Assembly: GCA_044229975.1 (NCBI GenBank)
Contig: JBGARZ010000018.1
Location: forward strand, 111,482-175,481
Source: Polyangiales bacterium
GTDB lineage: Bacteria > Myxococcota_A > Polyangia > Polyangiales > Ga0077539
Length of the DNA stretch: 64,000 bases
Direction of reading: 5' to 3'
The position numbers were made by a program, and so were the translations under genes. The notes under the pieces are model-generated. The model searched no databases, was not told the DNA's origin, and saw nothing but the letters and a program-made list of their open reading frames with translations. This document shows positions 62,291-64,000 of this stretch, in pieces; within the stretch, counting starts at the first letter, position 1, and each line of letters starts with the position of its first letter.

Positions 62291-63106
62291 ATGCGAGTGC
62301 GCGTCTTCGAAGCGGGTGGTGGTGTTCTGGTGGGCGCGCGGGTGGCGTTCGTCGACGGGGGGCCCGCGGAGTTCGTCGATGGGCAGGCGCTCGCGCGACG
62401 CCTGGGATCACCGCTGACGGTGGTGGCCCTCGCGCCCCGCCGAGAGGATTGCGCGCTGCGGGTGCGGGTGTTTACGCCGATGCGGGAGCTCCCGGCGTCG
62501 GTGGAGGCGGCGTGGTGCGCGCTGGCGGCCCGCGGCGACGACGCGCTGGTGGTCGAGATCGGCGTGACCGCGACGACGGTGCGCGCGACGGACGGGGGCT
62601 TCGAGGCGACGCTGCAACCCCCGGTGCTGGGCCAGCGCGCGGTGGAAGACCGGCGCACCGTGGCCGAGGCGCTGGGCATCGCCGAGGAGCGGCTCGACAG
62701 CGAGACGCCGGTGCTGGCCGGGTCGTGCGGGGTGAATGCGTTGCTGGTGCCGGTGGGCGACCGCGCGGCGTTGAGCGAGGCGCGGCTGCACCCGGGCGCG
62801 TGGCAGCGGGTGATGGAGAAGGCGAAGCACGTCGGCGCGCTGGTGGTGTCGACCGAGGGCGGCGGGCGCGAGGCGCGGTTCATGGGCGGGCCGGCGGGGC
62901 TGTGGGACGGCACGGGGTGCGCGCTGTCGGTGGTTCCGTGGGCGCTGTCGCAGTCGCGGGCGGGCGCGGCCATGACGGGCACGCGGTACGTGCTGCGCGG
63001 CGAGGTGGGCTTCGGGATGGACGTCGAGGTGACGCTCGATGGCGACGGGTCGTGGTCGATGCGCGGCGCCGCGAAGCAGGTGAGCGAAGGGCGACTGAGC
63101 GTCTGA
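62291..63106 (+). CDS. PhzF/diaminopimelate-epimerase-like protein, divergent
   Basis: RVRVFTPMRELP resembles the PhzF motif; other conserved motifs appear degenerate. Confidence 0.6.
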   Translation: MRVRVFEAGGGVLVGARVAFVDGGPAEFVDGQALARRLGSPLTVVALAPRREDCALRVRVFTPMRELPASVEAAWCALAARGDDALVVEIGVTATTVRATDGGFEATLQPPVLGQRAVEDRRTVAEALGIAEERLDSETPVLAGSCGVNALLVPVGDRAALSEARLHPGAWQRVMEKAKHVGALVVSTEGGGREARFMGGPAGLWDGTGCALSVVPWALSQSRAGAAMTGTRYVLRGEVGFGMDVEVTLDGDGSWSMRGAAKQVSEGRLSV

Positions 63107-63128
63107 CGCGGCGGTGGAAAGGCAGACC

Positions 63129-63279
63129 GCCGCAGGGTCGCAGGTGTCGCAAGGGACAGATGGGATCGGCAGGGCAGAGCTGCGGCGGTGGGTCTCGCCA
63201 CACCTGCAACTTCCATCGAGACCAGCACACCCTTCGTCGGGAGCCTTGTCTTCCCTTGCGACCCTTGCGTCGTTGCGGC
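63129..63279. repeat. Inverted-repeat doublet, family B copy 2
   Basis: Left arm GCCGCAGGGTCGCAGGTGTCGCAAGGGA; right arm TCCCTTGCGACCCTTGCGTCGTTGCGGC, whose reverse complement matches the copy 1 left arm at 25/26. Confidence 0.8.
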
Positions 63280-63313
63280 TCTTCGATCACCGCCGCTGTG
63301 CCTTCGCCTGCTG

Positions 63314-63898
63314 CTACCGCCGCGCGGGCCTCCCCAGCGCCCGCAGCGCGTCGCCCGACACCCCGGTGAGCAGCTCCAGCTCCGCCTCGGCGCGCCCTCG
63401 CGCCACCATCGCCTCGACGTCGACTGGCGCCTCCGTCCCCACGGGTGGCGCTCGCAATCGCAGCGCCTCCAGTCGCGCGAGCACCTCCACCACGCTCCGC
63501 TCCAGCGCTGCCCGCTGCGCCGCCCGCTGTGCGGCCAGACGCAGCAGCGCCACCTCGTGACCGTCGAAGAGCAGCCGGTCGAGGTCAAAGCTCAAGCGCA
63601 CGTCGAAGCTCAGCGACTCCGCGATGGCGAGACGATCGTTGGTGTTGGTCACCAGCGTGCTGTTGGCGCCGAGGCCCCGCGCCGCGTGCAGCGACACCGT
63701 CGGCAGCCAGGCCGCCGAGCGAGCCCGACTGGCCAGCGAGCGCACCGGAGCGTCATCGAGTCCGGCCCGCTGCACCGCGCGGCGCGACGCCTCCCACACC
63801 ACGGGCGACGACAGCCAGGAGACCTCGTCCGCGCGCGCCGCCGACGACGCGAGCGAAACGAGGAGACAGACCAGCACGAAGGTTCGCAGCGAGCTCAT
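63314..63898 (-). CDS. Secreted hypothetical protein (loosely TolC-repeat-like)
   Basis: Signal peptide; RARSAAWLPTVSL...VRLSFDLDRLLF followed by helices. ATG 63898. Confidence 0.6.
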   Translation of the reverse strand: MSSLRTFVLVCLLVSLASSAARADEVSWLSSPVVWEASRRAVQRAGLDDAPVRSLASRARSAAWLPTVSLHAARGLGANSTLVTNTNDRLAIAESLSFDVRLSFDLDRLLFDGHEVALLRLAAQRAAQRAALERSVVEVLARLEALRLRAPPVGTEAPVDVEAMVARGRAEAELELLTGVSGDALRALGRPARR

Positions 63899-63958
63899 GG
63901 CCCTCGCGCAGTGCAGCCGCGAGGCCAGCAGGAAAGCCCTACAAAACAAGCATCGAGG

Positions 63959-64000
63959 GGGTGGCGGCGGGTGGCGGCGGGGTGGCGGCGGCGGGTGGCG
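63959..64000 (+). repeat. Short G-rich tandem repeat (GGGTGGCGGC)n, truncated by the window end
   Basis: About four imperfect copies visible. Confidence 0.6.

Noticed and set aside
63959..64000. G-rich repeat as a telomere-like or G-quadruplex element
   Set aside because: Truncated by the window edge with too little context; it may simply be low-complexity sequence.

Overview
High-GC bacterial chromosomal segment. The gene content (AgmX/PglI-type proteins, Hanks-type Ser/Thr kinases, PEGA/TPR and FHA proteins, many Cys-rich repeat lipoproteins) points to a myxobacterium-like (Myxococcota, probably Polyangia-like) host; this assignment is inference. The left end is the flank of an integrated element: a large serine recombinase whose last codons run antisense into the 3' end of tRNA-Glu(CTC), which follows tRNA-Gln(CTG). 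Housekeeping genes include zwf, aspS, rpmI-rplT-ihfA-merR (without pheST), a RimK-like ligase, class I aldolase, lipA plus 2-oxoacid dehydrogenase E1a/E1b/E2, and CtaA/COX15. The most notable accessory features are: (1) a pentameric ligand-gated ion channel fused at its C-terminus to a family-5 (Opp/Dpp-type) solute-binding domain; (2) a WGR + helical domain + H-Y-E catalytic PARP resembling eukaryotic PARP1-3; (3) a coupled P-loop ATPase/TPR-like gene pair; (4) an Ogt-AlkA fusion; (5) two families of dispersed inverted repeats, one copy of which is translated inside a CDS. All calls come from reading motifs by eye; no searches were run, and several start codons were adjusted by hand from the ORF track.
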